Source of the DNA: a virus
Strand: one strand, 5' to 3'
Virus record (IMG/VR): IMGVR_UViG_3300046332_000238
Location: 1-64,000 of that record
Length of the DNA: 64,000 nucleotides
Positions 41,996 through 54,081 of this stretch are shown piece after piece; the first letter of the stretch is position 1, and each line of letters opens with the position of its first letter. A program made the translations under genes and the position numbers. The notes beneath the pieces are model-generated. The model did not search any database. It was not told the origin of the DNA and was given only the letters and a program-made list of their open reading frames with translations.

Positions 41996-42417
41996 TCAGG
42001 TAAACATTAATTTTAAACTTTAAGGTAAAATATATTATGAGCTTCGCACTTGAGATTGCATCCTTAGCCTTGAAACAAGGCACACCAATTACTATTAATG
42101 CTGATGGTTCTATGACCATTGGTCAATCAGAGGTTAAAACAGTTAAAACGATTAAGACAACCAAGACCAAAAAAGAACCTGAATATTTGTCTGATAGTGT
42201 TAATGATTTATATCATGGTTCAGTTGCAGAACAGGTGCGTAGCAATTTTAAAACCTTAGGCACTGAAGCTGTTGTTGCTGCACATAATCCAAGTTCAATT
42301 CGTAAAGCATTTAATGTAATGGGATTTGGTTGCAAATTAAGCGAAACAGATAAACCTTTTTTATTCTTGTGTAAACGTACTCGCCGAAATAAACGCAAAG
42401 GTGTTTAAAGGATTAAT

Positions 42418-42903
42418 ATGACAAGATGGATTGAAAATGTAAGCAGAGATGATGTGCGCCATGGCTGGCATACTGAGATGGGTATAAACTCCATGTTGAT
42501 CCAGATTGGTGACCCTGCAAGCATTTTCCCTAAACCAGAAAAACATTTTAAAGAGGTGCATCAATTCGAATTTCTGGATGCGGAAGATGGTGATAATTTT
42601 GATGATGGTGCCAAAATCTCCGATGAACAAGCACAGCAATTGGTTACACTGCTGCAGCACGCTCGGGATAATTCAATGAATGTTTTGGTACATTGCCATG
42701 CAGGTATTTGCCGGTCTGGTGCTGTGGTTGAAGTCGGTACAATCCTTGGGTTTACACCCACGGAAAGATTTCGCTTGCCTAATCTGCGAGTAAAGCATAA
42801 AATGATGAAGGCATTGGGATTAACCTATGATGCCAATGAAAAATCAGAACCAGTTAATATATCAACGACTGGTTCTGTTTTTATTTTACCTAATTGGAGT
42901 TGA
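42418..42903 (+). CDS. Cys-dependent (PTP/DSP-like) phosphatase
   Basis: VHCHAGICRS CX5R motif. Confidence 0.85.
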   Translation: MTRWIENVSRDDVRHGWHTEMGINSMLIQIGDPASIFPKPEKHFKEVHQFEFLDAEDGDNFDDGAKISDEQAQQLVTLLQHARDNSMNVLVHCHAGICRSGAVVEVGTILGFTPTERFRLPNLRVKHKMMKALGLTYDANEKSEPVNISTTGSVFILPNWS

Positions 42904-43029
42904 TGTGTTATTTTATCTTATTGGTCTAATACAAGGACTCACGATTGGTTACCTGTGGTTTGCACCAGAAGATGAATTTAAACGTGGCTTCATTGATGGA
43001 CTGACCATGAAATTTATATGGGGTAAAAA

Positions 43030-46000
43030 ATGACTAAAAACGAAGCAATGCAAATGGCGTTTGAAACGCTTTGGAAGTCTTTTAACGTCGAGGCTACTAG
43101 GGGTGACTTGCTAAAAGCAATCAAAATACTTGAATCATCATTAGTGCAGCCTGAGCCAAAGCCGTTTGGTTATTTTTGTGAATGGTCAAATGGTACTCAA
43201 CATTTATATACTGACGGTATCGGTAGTGCAATTGAAGATGATTGGAATCAATATCCGGAAGTTCATGAGAATTTACCACTTTACAACGCACCACCAAAGA
43301 AAGAATGTGTAGGATTGACTGAACCTGAACCGTTTGGTATTTGGCATCAGGGTGACACAGATGAAGAAAGCGATTTCTTTCTTTACAAAGATGCTGGCGA
43401 CGTAGCATGTGAAACTTGCGTGAAACTTTACACCGCACCACCCAAGCGAGACTGGCAAGAACTGACCGATAAAGAAATATATAAACTGCGTGATGTGTGG
43501 ATAGGTCGTTCGGCAAAAGAAAAAGAAATGTTGCGCGATTATTACGAACTGAATTTTAAAAAAATGATTAAGTTTATTCAAATAATTTTAAAAGAAAGAA
43601 ACAATGGATGACGTACTAGGTGGATTGTTTATATCAGTTGCAACCGGATTTGCAGTGGTTGGTATATTTTTTACTTTCGGAGATGTGCGAACATTTGATG
43701 ATATTATTAAAGATTGCAAAGAACAAGGTTACGTTCAAAATAACAAAGCACGAGTTCTGTGCAGTATAGAGGTGAAGAAATGACTAAAAATGAAACAATC
43801 CAGTTGGCATTAGAAGCATTGGAAATGTTGAAAGCGGAATTTCGTGCATTGGATTTACCTTATGGTAGTAAAGCGTACACAAAAGCTTTTGATGTTAGTC
43901 ATGTATTACGCGAAGCATTAACACAGCCTGAACGATACCTAACACTTACTAAAGATGCTAATGGAGAATTGGTGATGGTGTCTTGGCAAGATGAAGATCA
44001 TCAATTGCTTGAGGTTTTATGGGAGAAAAAACATGGTTGAAGGTTTAATTGAAGTATGTATCGGATTTTCTTTTCTCTGTGGGTTGATAGTTGGATTCAA
44101 CATGTACAGAAATAATGTAAGAAAAGTAGAACTCACGGATGAAGAAATTTGGGTTATTAAAATGAGTGGTAGAGATTTAGAATCCGTCTCGCGTATAGCT
44201 TTGTTACGGTTTGCGCGTAGGGTTGAAGCCAAGCTAAAGGAAAAGCGATGACTAACAAATTTGCATTGAATAAAATGTTGATGGCATTGTTAGGTTCACA
44301 GGAGTTTGTTGATCGTTGGTGGCAGAGTCCAAACTATGCGTTTGAAATGAAAACACCTGATGATGTGTATCTATCTGGGTTGCAAGGACGCCGCGAAGTT
44401 ACCGGTTATGTTCTTTCACATTTGGAATAAGAATGGCAACAGAGCCAAAAAAGAAAAGAGTTAAAAAAGTAGAAGAACCAGAAATGAAGTTCTTTACTTG
44501 CATTGGTTGTAATCAAAAGAAATTTGATTGGAATGAACAATGCACTGGCATACCAACAACAAAATGCCTATGGTGTTCCAAGTATCCAAAAGAAAAGAAA
44601 CGGGTGATTAAAGATGAGTGAATATAATCCACATAGATGGTTAGTTATAAAGTTGACCACTAGTGGTGTGACACACTATCGGGTGTTCGCTTCTTGGTAT
44701 GGTGGTTACACTGGTTCAGATTCATGGAAAATGAATTCCGGTATTGTTTCTGTTACAGAAGATGATGATTTTTATTTCTTTACAGGTAGTTCTGGTTCAG
44801 TGTATAACTGCAATAAACAATCACAAGGCATTAGTGGTTACGGTTCAGGCGTGTTGAATGATTTTATTAAACATGCTGTTGACCAAGGCACAGTGATTGA
44901 AATACTTCCTGAAGATGTGAATTTGATGGAGTTGGTGTATGAATGAACAAATTAAATCAGGTGCAGATCACCATGCAGGTACTGGTTACTCTGAGAGCAC
45001 CAAAGAAAAGTATCGGGCTGCTGTAGAAGAACGTATTAAGACCATAGAGAATAATATTAAGATACAAACAAAATCCAGAATTGATAAACTTGCCATAGAA
45101 GCAGGTTTCGAGTATAATCCAAGTGATTGTAATTTTTATGTGAACGATTCAGTACAATACATCAACAAAGAAATCAATAGACTAATAGAATTGGTTGTGT
45201 TAGAATGTTGTTACCTTATCGAAAAAGAAGGCATGAATATGATGCCAGGTTATCTTATGCGTTTGACTGTACCCACTGAAATTGATTTAATTAAAAAACA
45301 TTTTGGAATAAAATGAGTATCTTAATGAATTTGTTGACTGAAGAACCTGTTGATTTTAAATCAAAGATTCGCCAACGTAGATCACAAATGCTTATCCATT
45401 CTTGCCTCTACTATGAAATGGATGAATCCATTGTTTCTGACCACGAATGGCAGGCATGGGCAGATGAACTAGAACAATTACAAACAAATAATCCAGAGCA
45501 ATGCAAGATTGACTTTTTTGATTTTGAATTCAGAGATTGGACTGGTGCAACCGGCAACCATTTACCTTTGCGTGACCCATGGGTTTCTGCAAAGGCAAAA
45601 CAAATATTAAGAATACACAATGAGAAAATGGCAAGAGTTTGAAAACAAAACACATTATTATTACAATGATGAAGATGGTCTGATAATAGGACAAATTCAT
45701 AAATTTGGTAATTCGATGATGGTGTACACTGCATCAGTAAAACCAGATAATGTCGATCAAATTCTAGGACAATTTATCAGTGGTGATTTTGCAAAAAAGT
45801 CTGTTGAAAAATATTGGGATATTCAAGATCGAACATTGTTGGAGTGAATATGAACGAACAAATTAAAGAACTTGCTGAAGAAGCTGGATGGGATAATCAC
45901 CACTCACAATTTGATACTAGGATTGAAAAGTTTGCTGAGTTGATTATCAAAGAATGTTATGAACAATGTAAAGGTCAAATGCTTTCTAACGAAATAACAG

Positions 46001-47867
46001 AAACATGTGATTTAACTTACAATGATGGTGTAATGGACTGTGCTATTGGTTTACTGCAACATTTCGGTATTGGTAAATTATCGGGCAATAATCTAAACAA
46101 AGTTATCACTGATGGTGCAGAACAAATGTCAGATAAAGGCTACAGTGAAAGCACCAAAGAAAAGTATAATGAGGCAGTTAAACAACGGGAAGAATCACTG
46201 AGAAACCGTAGTACATATTTTGGTAATGATGTATGAAATATCGCATAAAAGAACACCGAAACGGTAGTGTTAGTAAATATTATACTGTAGAATTCTTAAA
46301 GAAAAACTTATTGTGGGGTGAGTCTTGGCGGGTTGAGAGCAAATATGTTGTACCAAAAATATATCTTCCGATTAGATTTGTTTCATTATCAGAAGCACAA
46401 GAATATATTAATGCACAAACAATTATTTGTTGTATTGTTGAAGAAGGTGATGTATAATGAACGAACGAATTAAAAAATTTGGGGAGAATAAAGAATGACT
46501 AAAAAGTTTGTTCGACCAACCAAAGAAGAATCAGCAGCAAGATTGGCTGCTGATATTGCTGCCAGCAAGAAAATATATGATGCCTTCATTGGTCATGATA
46601 TGTTGGACGATGATGGTTATCCTACTGATGAAGCCATGCACATCATTGAATCATGGCACTGGACTGATCCAAAAGGTTGGTTTGATTTCATCAACAGCAT
46701 CTGGCATCTGAAATCCTGGGGCTGGGGTGAAGGTGAAACTAATCATGAATACCGAAAAGATAAAAAGGTGTATCGCTATGACGTTTCAACTGCTGGTTGG
46801 AGTGGCAATGAGACCATCATCCAGTATATGAAAAGAAATGACATGATGTGGCACCTCAATTGGGTACAATCGCGCCGTGGCGGACATTACATTTTTGAAC
46901 TATATGAATTTAAGGATGATGAATAATGAGTGATATTCTAGTTATAGTGATGTTAGTATTCTTATTTTATGGTGAACCTGATGTATGGGATAAGTTGCAT
47001 GATCGTGCGATGGCTGCGGCCAGTGTCGAATGTAGTAAATAATTTAAAAGGAAAAAAATGACTGAAATGACTGTTGATACACCTGAACTGAGTATGCAAA
47101 AATTGCTTGATGCTTTTTGTTATGTAACATATTGTAAAGCAAATGGTAAACCATATAAAGATTCGATTGCATATTGCCAAATTCTTGACCGTGGATGTGA
47201 ACTACATAATTTTGAAGAAGTGCAAGTTAAACACCGCAAAGCACAAATGCAAGTTGTTGTTTGTGAGACACTATATCCGGAGTTGAAAAACAAAAATATT
47301 TAACAGGAGATTTTATGAGCACAGAAGAAGATAAAGAACGGCATTCTAAACGGTTACTCCAAAAAGAAAACCATATTAATCGTCAAATGAAAATAAGAAA
47401 GGCTCATAAGTTTACACAAGACATTAACAATGAAATTCCACACAAGTATCATAAAGTAAGTGGTACAACCTGTGGGGTTTCGAATTGTGTAATGTGCGGT
47501 AATCCAAGAAAAACTTGGAATGAAAGTACAATTCAAGAAAAAAGTTTCGACCAAACCAAACAATGGGTGGAAGAAGAAATTTAACTGTTGTTTTCTGGCA
47601 ACACCATAGTTGCCAATTGCCACGACACCTGTATAATGGTCTCTATTGAATTGATAAGGAGACAACAGGATGTCGTGGAATCTCGAAGGTAAAAAAGTTT
47701 CTGGTAAGTATCTGGGTGAATTCCCGTTCACTGGAACAGTCACCTCCACCCGCATTAAGTATGGCGGTAAAGTCACCAATACAATACAGCTGGACACTCC
47801 CCTGGTGGTTTATGGTGCAGACCGTGATGTTATCCTCATGGATTCTGATGAACTGGTTGTGTTGTAG
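43030..47867 (+). other. Array of small hypothetical ORFs including two paralogous modular families
   Basis: Coupled ORFs; shared blocks MTKNE../QPE/LYxAPP/LTDxEI and MNExIK/EKFA/HFG. Confidence 0.65.
45313..45642 (+). CDS. Stand-alone NAD+-ligase domain-Ia-like protein
   Basis: HSCLYYEMDESIVSDHEW..W..EL..L resembles LigA HxxxYYxxDxPxISDxEYD. Confidence 0.65.
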   Translation: MSILMNLLTEEPVDFKSKIRQRRSQMLIHSCLYYEMDESIVSDHEWQAWADELEQLQTNNPEQCKIDFFDFEFRDWTGATGNHLPLRDPWVSAKAKQILRIHNEKMARV

Positions 47868-47941
47868 GAAAACAACACACTGTTGCCATTTGCCACAATG
47901 CCTGTATAATGGTTTGTATTGATTGATGAGGAGACTATATT

Positions 47942-50140
47942 ATGATTCTGAATAACACCCCGCAAAACGAAGCAGTCCTGTCCAATGTAGGTCAAATTGG
48001 CGAATTCAAAATCCGCAATTCTGCGAAGGCTTTTAACATTCTATCCAGTGGTCTTTATGCAAATAAGATTCGCGCTGTGATTCGAGAATTGTCCTGTAAT
48101 GCTGTTGACAGCCATGCTGCTGCAGGTAACATGGACACACCTTTTACGGTTCACCTGCCAACCACACTAGAACCATGGTTCTCAGTGCGGGACTTTGGTA
48201 CGGGTCTGAACCACGATCAGGTAACAAATATTTACACCACTTATTTTGAATCTACTAAAACCAATTCCAATGATTTCATTGGTGCATTGGGTCTTGGTTC
48301 AAAATCTCCATTCTCTTATACTGATAACTTTACTGTTACTGCCATTCAAGATGGCGTAGAGCGTATTTACTCCGCATTTATTAATGATGAGGGTGTTCCT
48401 TCTATTGTTAAGATGGGTGAAGAATCTACTGTAAACGAAAATGGTGTGGAGATTAAATTCTCTGTGAATGAACGATATGATTTTAGTAAATTCATTTCAG
48501 AAGCACAGGTTGTTTACCAGTATTTTGCATTGAAGCCTACTGTTATTGGTGTAACCCATTTTGAATTTTCTGAAGTGCAGTATGAATTCAAGGATATTAT
48601 TCCTGGTGTTCATTCTCGTGCTACCGATTTTAGCAGAACCTCATCTGTTGCTGTCATGGGTAACATTGCATATCCAATTAATATTCCTGCATCTAATACT
48701 GAATTGGGTAATCTTCGTTCATTGTTGGATTGCAACCTTGTAATGTACTTTGGTATTGGTGAGTTGGACTTTCAGGCATCACGCGAAGGTCTATCATATA
48801 TTCCACAAACAATTGAATCAATTAAACGCAAACTGGAAACAGTGAATGGTCAATTGACTGTTCGCTTGGCTGAAGAAGCAAATAAGATTGCCAATAAGTG
48901 GGAACGATCCATTTTTCTGTATAGTAAAGCACGTACCGATCTGTGGAAAAATTCGGTGCTTCAGTATGTAAAAGATACGGCATTTGAATTGGTTGAATTG
49001 TCCAATACAGGTTATTCAACCAGTCGATATCGTTTTGAATTGATTTGTTCTGACCTTGCAAGTAAATTTAATGTCAAGTTGCGTGGTTTTAATATTCACC
49101 GTGGATCAACTACCTGTTCCATGATTAAGACTGACCATAAGAATTTTGGTTTGCTTGATAATGATGGTTATAGTGTTCGTCAGGAATATATTGATCTGCC
49201 TGTTGATGTGTCTGTTAGTTTGGTTATTAATGATACCAAGCTTGGTGTAACAGAACGTGCCAAATACCATTGGAGAAATAAAACCAGTAATAACAAATAT
49301 TCTGAGAATGTTTTTGTTGTTGAGGTTGCAGACAAAACAAAACCAATTAAGGTTAAAGAATTCTTGGAATCGATTGGTAATCCACCAGAATCAAATATTA
49401 TTCTTGCTAGTACATTGGATACAAAGGATCGTGTATCATCAGGTAAAGCTTTAGGTAAAAATATTTCATTGCTTCGAATGGAAGAGCGAGGAGGACCTAG
49501 GCATCATTCTAGTTCCAATCAATTGGTGTGGCGTGAAGCACCCAATCTAGGTGAACTGGATGATACACAAACCTATTACTATATTCCGTTGTCCGGTTTT
49601 GTTCCTGAGTTTACAACACGAAGCAGTCTTTCAGCACAGGAAGTTGTCCGATTACTCAATGCATCTGATGTGCCTGAACTGAATATACATGTTTATGGTG
49701 TTCGTAAAACAAATATTGAAACGGTTAAGGGACTGCCAAACTGGAAGAACCTTGAGGAATATCTGTTGTCTCTGATGGATAAACTTCAGGATGTTGAACG
49801 GGTTGCTTCTTCTCTTAATTCTATTGATAAGAATGCCGTTTCCATGTTTGATTTTTCGGTAATCTCTAAACAGATTGATGCGAAAAGTCCTATGGCAATC
49901 CTGATGGAGAAATTCAATAACTTGCCAAGATGCGGTAATTGGCGTACAATACACCAATTGGTAGAAATGTTTGTGAAAGAACGTAAGGTATATACTACCG
50001 ACCTCGCAAAAGAGTTTAATGATGAGTTTACAAAAATGAATGAACGATACCCATTGATTGCTGTGATGGATACATATCGTGCATCAAGTGATGATGTTTC
50101 AAATTATATTAATTTAGTTGACCAAGTGAAAGGCATTTAA
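47942..50140 (+). CDS. rIIA: rIIA-like protein with N-terminal GHKL ATPase
   Basis: LSSGLY.NKIRAVIRELSCNAVDS, DFGTGL, GALGLGSKSPF, SREGLSY; precedes rIIB. Confidence 0.9.
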   Translation: MILNNTPQNEAVLSNVGQIGEFKIRNSAKAFNILSSGLYANKIRAVIRELSCNAVDSHAAAGNMDTPFTVHLPTTLEPWFSVRDFGTGLNHDQVTNIYTTYFESTKTNSNDFIGALGLGSKSPFSYTDNFTVTAIQDGVERIYSAFINDEGVPSIVKMGEESTVNENGVEIKFSVNERYDFSKFISEAQVVYQYFALKPTVIGVTHFEFSEVQYEFKDIIPGVHSRATDFSRTSSVAVMGNIAYPINIPASNTELGNLRSLLDCNLVMYFGIGELDFQASREGLSYIPQTIESIKRKLETVNGQLTVRLAEEANKIANKWERSIFLYSKARTDLWKNSVLQYVKDTAFELVELSNTGYSTSRYRFELICSDLASKFNVKLRGFNIHRGSTTCSMIKTDHKNFGLLDNDGYSVRQEYIDLPVDVSVSLVINDTKLGVTERAKYHWRNKTSNNKYSENVFVVEVADKTKPIKVKEFLESIGNPPESNIILASTLDTKDRVSSGKALGKNISLLRMEERGGPRHHSSSNQLVWREAPNLGELDDTQTYYYIPLSGFVPEFTTRSSLSAQEVVRLLNASDVPELNIHVYGVRKTNIETVKGLPNWKNLEEYLLSLMDKLQDVERVASSLNSIDKNAVSMFDFSVISKQIDAKSPMAILMEKFNNLPRCGNWRTIHQLVEMFVKERKVYTTDLAKEFNDEFTKMNERYPLIAVMDTYRASSDDVSNYINLVDQVKGI

Positions 50141-50141
50141 A

Positions 50142-50909
50142 ATGTTCCCATATCTTATACAAGGTAATAATATTGTAGTGGTTATCAATAACAAACCACA
50201 TACTATTAGCAAGACTCATATTACCTATGAGAAAGTAAAAGAAGCAATCAAAGCAAATGATTGGCAGACTGTTCAAGACATTATCGAACCAAAGAAAATG
50301 GTTCTGAATTATGGCAAAGGCAATGTGTCTATTCAAGGTGAAAAACTGTTCTGGAAAGGTGAGGAATTGCATAACGCAATTGCTACCCGTATGATCCAGA
50401 TGTTGCAAGATGATTTCCCCATTGAACCACTGGTTCTGTTTATGGAAAATCTGATGAACAACCCGTCTTATCGTGCAGTAAAAGAATTGTATGGTTTCTT
50501 GGAAAAGAATAACCTGCCAATTACTCCTGATGGTTGTTTCCTTGCGTACAAAAAAGTGCGTGATGATTACCTTGATTGTTACAGTGGTAAAATGGACAAT
50601 TCTGTTGGTAAGATTGTTTCAATGGAACGTAACCAAGTTAATGATGATAAGAACCAAACCTGTTCTTCTGGTTTGCACTTCTGCTCAGAAGGTTATCTGC
50701 GCCACTTTGGTGGTGACCGTATTATGATCCTGAAGATTAATCCTCGTGATGTGGTTAGTATTCCTACCGATTACGATGACTCAAAAGGTCGTGCGTGTAT
50801 GTATGAGGTTGTTGGTGAAGTTGGTGTTAGTTCCGAATCATTGGAAGAAACCTTTACTGCACCGGTTCAAGAATACATCATTGACTTTCGTGCTGCTGAC
50901 GAAATCTAA
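50142..50909 (+). CDS. rIIB: rIIB-like protein
   Basis: NPSYRAVKELYGFL, ITPDGCFLAYK, CSSGLHFC, PRDVVSIP.DY. Confidence 0.9.
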   Translation: MFPYLIQGNNIVVVINNKPHTISKTHITYEKVKEAIKANDWQTVQDIIEPKKMVLNYGKGNVSIQGEKLFWKGEELHNAIATRMIQMLQDDFPIEPLVLFMENLMNNPSYRAVKELYGFLEKNNLPITPDGCFLAYKKVRDDYLDCYSGKMDNSVGKIVSMERNQVNDDKNQTCSSGLHFCSEGYLRHFGGDRIMILKINPRDVVSIPTDYDDSKGRACMYEVVGEVGVSSESLEETFTAPVQEYIIDFRAADEI

Positions 50910-50920
50910 TAGGAAATAGA

Positions 50921-52069
50921 ATGAGTTATAATAAAAACCAAAAGGCCTTTATCGAGGCTGCCGAATCTATTTTTGGTATTGGTTCTGTTCTCACTCGTGA
51001 TGGGATTCAGCACGTTGTTGAAACTAACGGCGTGCCGTTTCCTTACTGGTTTGTTACCAAGTCCGAATATCGTGATGGTCGTGGGCAATACAAGTTGCCT
51101 GACATTGGTACAATCCAAAAGGGTGTAATACAAGAAAAGGAACCTGAAATGGAAGTGGCATTGTCTGCTCAAGTGTTAACCTTCAAGCAACCAAAACTTG
51201 AGGATGAATCTGATATATCTATACCTGAAAAGTATCCTGATTATGTGCCATTTGGTTTTTATAAAGACCTAATAGATGTTATTAAATCAAATGCTTTTTA
51301 CCCTGTGTTCATTACTGGACTATCTGGTAATGGTAAGACACTTATGGTTGAGCAATCATGTGCAGCATTAGGTCGTGAATGTATCCGTGTTAATATCTCC
51401 ATTGAGACTGATGAAAGTGATCTGCTTGGTGGACCTACTCTAGTTAATGGTAATGTGGTCAACCGTGATGGTCCTGTTATTACTGCAATGAAACGTGGTG
51501 CAGTATTGCTGATTGATGAAGTTGACCGTGGTTCTAATAAGTTGATGTGTCTGCAAGGCATTCTTGAAGGCAAACCTTATTATAACAAAAAGAATGGTGA
51601 ACTAGTACATCCAAAAAATGGTTTCACTATCATTGCAACAGCAAACACTAAAGGTCGTGGTTCAGAAGAAGGTCGTTATCTGTCACAGATTCTTGATGAT
51701 GCCTTCCTTGAACGTTTTCCAATTACTGTTGAACAAGAATATCCTGATGTTAAGACAGAGAAGAAGATTCTTTCGCCTCTGATTGACGATAAAGAATTTG
51801 TGGATAACCTCGTACAATGGGCAGATGTGGTTCGTCAGTCATTTGACCAAGGTGCCACTGATGAAATTATTTCTACACGCCGTCTGGTGCATATTGCCAA
51901 GGCATTTAAAATCTTTGGTGATCGCATGAAGGCAATTGAATTGTGCGTAAACCGATTTGATACAGAAACCAAATTAGCATTCTTGGACCTGTACTCAAAA
52001 GTGGATGCCAAAGTAGAAGCACCACAAGCAAAAACAGTAGCACCAAATTACGAAGAAGTCCCATTTTAA
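50921..52069 (+). CDS. MoxR/CobS-like AAA+ ATPase
   Basis: GLSGNGKT, LLIDEVD, ATANTKGRG, AFLERF, ISTRRL. Confidence 0.9.
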   Translation: MSYNKNQKAFIEAAESIFGIGSVLTRDGIQHVVETNGVPFPYWFVTKSEYRDGRGQYKLPDIGTIQKGVIQEKEPEMEVALSAQVLTFKQPKLEDESDISIPEKYPDYVPFGFYKDLIDVIKSNAFYPVFITGLSGNGKTLMVEQSCAALGRECIRVNISIETDESDLLGGPTLVNGNVVNRDGPVITAMKRGAVLLIDEVDRGSNKLMCLQGILEGKPYYNKKNGELVHPKNGFTIIATANTKGRGSEEGRYLSQILDDAFLERFPITVEQEYPDVKTEKKILSPLIDDKEFVDNLVQWADVVRQSFDQGATDEIISTRRLVHIAKAFKIFGDRMKAIELCVNRFDTETKLAFLDLYSKVDAKVEAPQAKTVAPNYEEVPF

Positions 52070-52087
52070 TTGATAAGGAAATATATT

Positions 52088-54078
52088 ATGAGCAATGCAG
52101 TACGCAAAGGCAAACAAAACCGTCACGAGAAAATCACCGTAACCCTGTTGTCAGGCAAACCGGTTTCACCTGATGAAATCAAATCATGTTTTACTGGCAC
52201 AGACCAAGAATCGGTTCTGTATCGATTGTCCACTAATATCTATAACATTCGTCTTGATGGTGGTATCATCAAAGTAATTAAAGAAGGTCGTAAGGTTACT
52301 GGATATCAATTGGTGAACCATACAGAGTTTGATAAGAATGGTCGTTATGTTGGTCCAGTTGTTACACAAGCACCAGCACCTGTTGCAGATGTTACACCAG
52401 AGGTGGAATCAGTTGAATAAACGAGAGAGAGATAATACAAGATTTCTAATAACATCCGATTTAACTGCTCTTGCTGCATGGATTGACCAAGCAACTAATG
52501 ACGATATTAAATATGCCCTCGAATTGGCAAACACAGTACGATCAGAAATAGAAATCTATGAAATGGATCTTCAAGATGAAGTTGAAGATTTTACTGAAGC
52601 AAAATCGATTATTGATAGGATTAAAAATGTTTAGAAAATTTGCTAGTTGGATGAATGAAAATAATTCACAAGTTTCCTGGTTCTTCATTGGTTACTTCAT
52701 CAGTGAAGTATTTTCCTCTCTGTTAAAAGGTGACTATGTATGGGCTGCATGGTCGTTTGCCATAGTGATTATGAATTACATTGGTCGTAAACCTTGGGTT
52801 AGTTTGAATTGATGTTGCAGTAAAACAACAATGGTTGCCATTAACGGTGGCCATGATATAATGGTCACATAAACTGTTAAAAGGAGATAGTATGGCAACC
52901 CGTTCCGCAATTGGTATCGTTCGTGATGGTAAGATCGAAGGTGTATATTGTCACTGGGATGGTTATCCTGAACACCATGGTCACATCCTGTTGAATTATT
53001 ATGATGAGAATAAGACCAATGAACTAATGAATCACGGTTCACTTTCAGTGCTAGGACCAAATATTGGTGTCAAGCGTCACTTTAGTAATCCATATCCTTG
53101 GGGTACTCCTGCATATATTGCCGAAGAAGCATTGCATGAAGATACCTGTACATTTTATGGACGAGATCGTGGTGATGAAAATACGGCCTCGAAAACTTTT
53201 GATAGTGTTTCAGAATTTATGGATTATTACAGTGCCAGTGGTTCGGAATATTATTATCTTTTTAAAGAAGGCACTTGGTATTTGTTGCGTAATCCAGAAG
53301 AACTGGTTCCGTTGAATAAGATTGTTCCTAATGTTCGTGATGATTTAAAATAAGGATATATTATGTTAGAATTGTATCGTGGTTTGGTTGATATTATCGT
53401 TTCAAATTGCCGTGTACTAGAAGCAGATTTGATTCAACATATCCGCCGTGATGTAACAGCCAAAACTATTGCACCTAATACATTTGGTGTTTGTGGTTTT
53501 TGGAATTTGATGCTTGAAATAATTTTTGTAATGTTTGCAAAGATCACATTTGTTCTTGGTATTACTTTGACTAGTGTTTTGGCCATTCTATTCTTTCCAT
53601 TGAATGCTTTTATTCGTGCTTGTGCTACTGTATTCCGTACCAGTTCAGGTGAAATATATACATTGCCCGTTGAAAAAGAAACGAAACCTAAGGTGAAGTA
53701 ATGGCCATAACTAATCCATGGAGTGTTAATGGTGTAATACAAGACGATTATTCCTCAGCTTCTAGAGGTAGAATTGCTGACTTACCATATCCTGTTGAAC
53801 ATATTATTAATGGTAAAATGTTGATTGCTTCATATTCAATCATGGAATATAAATTTAGTGATCGCATACACATTGCTGGCCAGAAACAGACTGAAGATGA
53901 GATTAAAGATGAATTGTTGATGTTGTTGGTGAATGAAATGAAGAAATCAAACTTTATTGAATACACACGACAAATAGATATATTATCAGGTGCTGTTAAT
54001 TTCAAAGCAAGAATATTTGTGACACCTAACGATCAGGTAAGACTTATAAGAGAAATAGAACAGAGGAAAACAAAATGA
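52088..54078 (+). CDS. Six hypothetical ORFs (including 52892-53353, YCHWDGYP motif, and 53701-54078)
   Basis: ORF track, RBS, coupling. Confidence 0.55.
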
Positions 54079-54081
54079 AAA

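Larger units (their letters stand above)
25317..52862. promoter_or_regulatory. Dispersed family of about 20 early promoters, TTG(A/C)CA-N16-TA(T/A/C/G)AAT-GGT
   Basis: Plus -35 at 25341, 32375, 32587, 32943, 33138, 33361, 34486, 36339, 37306, 38508, 38816, 39628, 41095, 47610, 47883, 52835; minus at 31021, 31322, 32033, 32300. Confidence 0.8.

Noticed and set aside
50921-52069. Cobalamin biosynthesis (cobS) auxiliary gene
   Set aside because: Generic MoxR AAA+ chaperone; no cobN or other cob genes.
25317-52830. TGTTG-N8-CAACA as a LexA SOS box
   Set aside because: Does not match the CTGT-N8-ACAG spacing; kept as an unknown operator.
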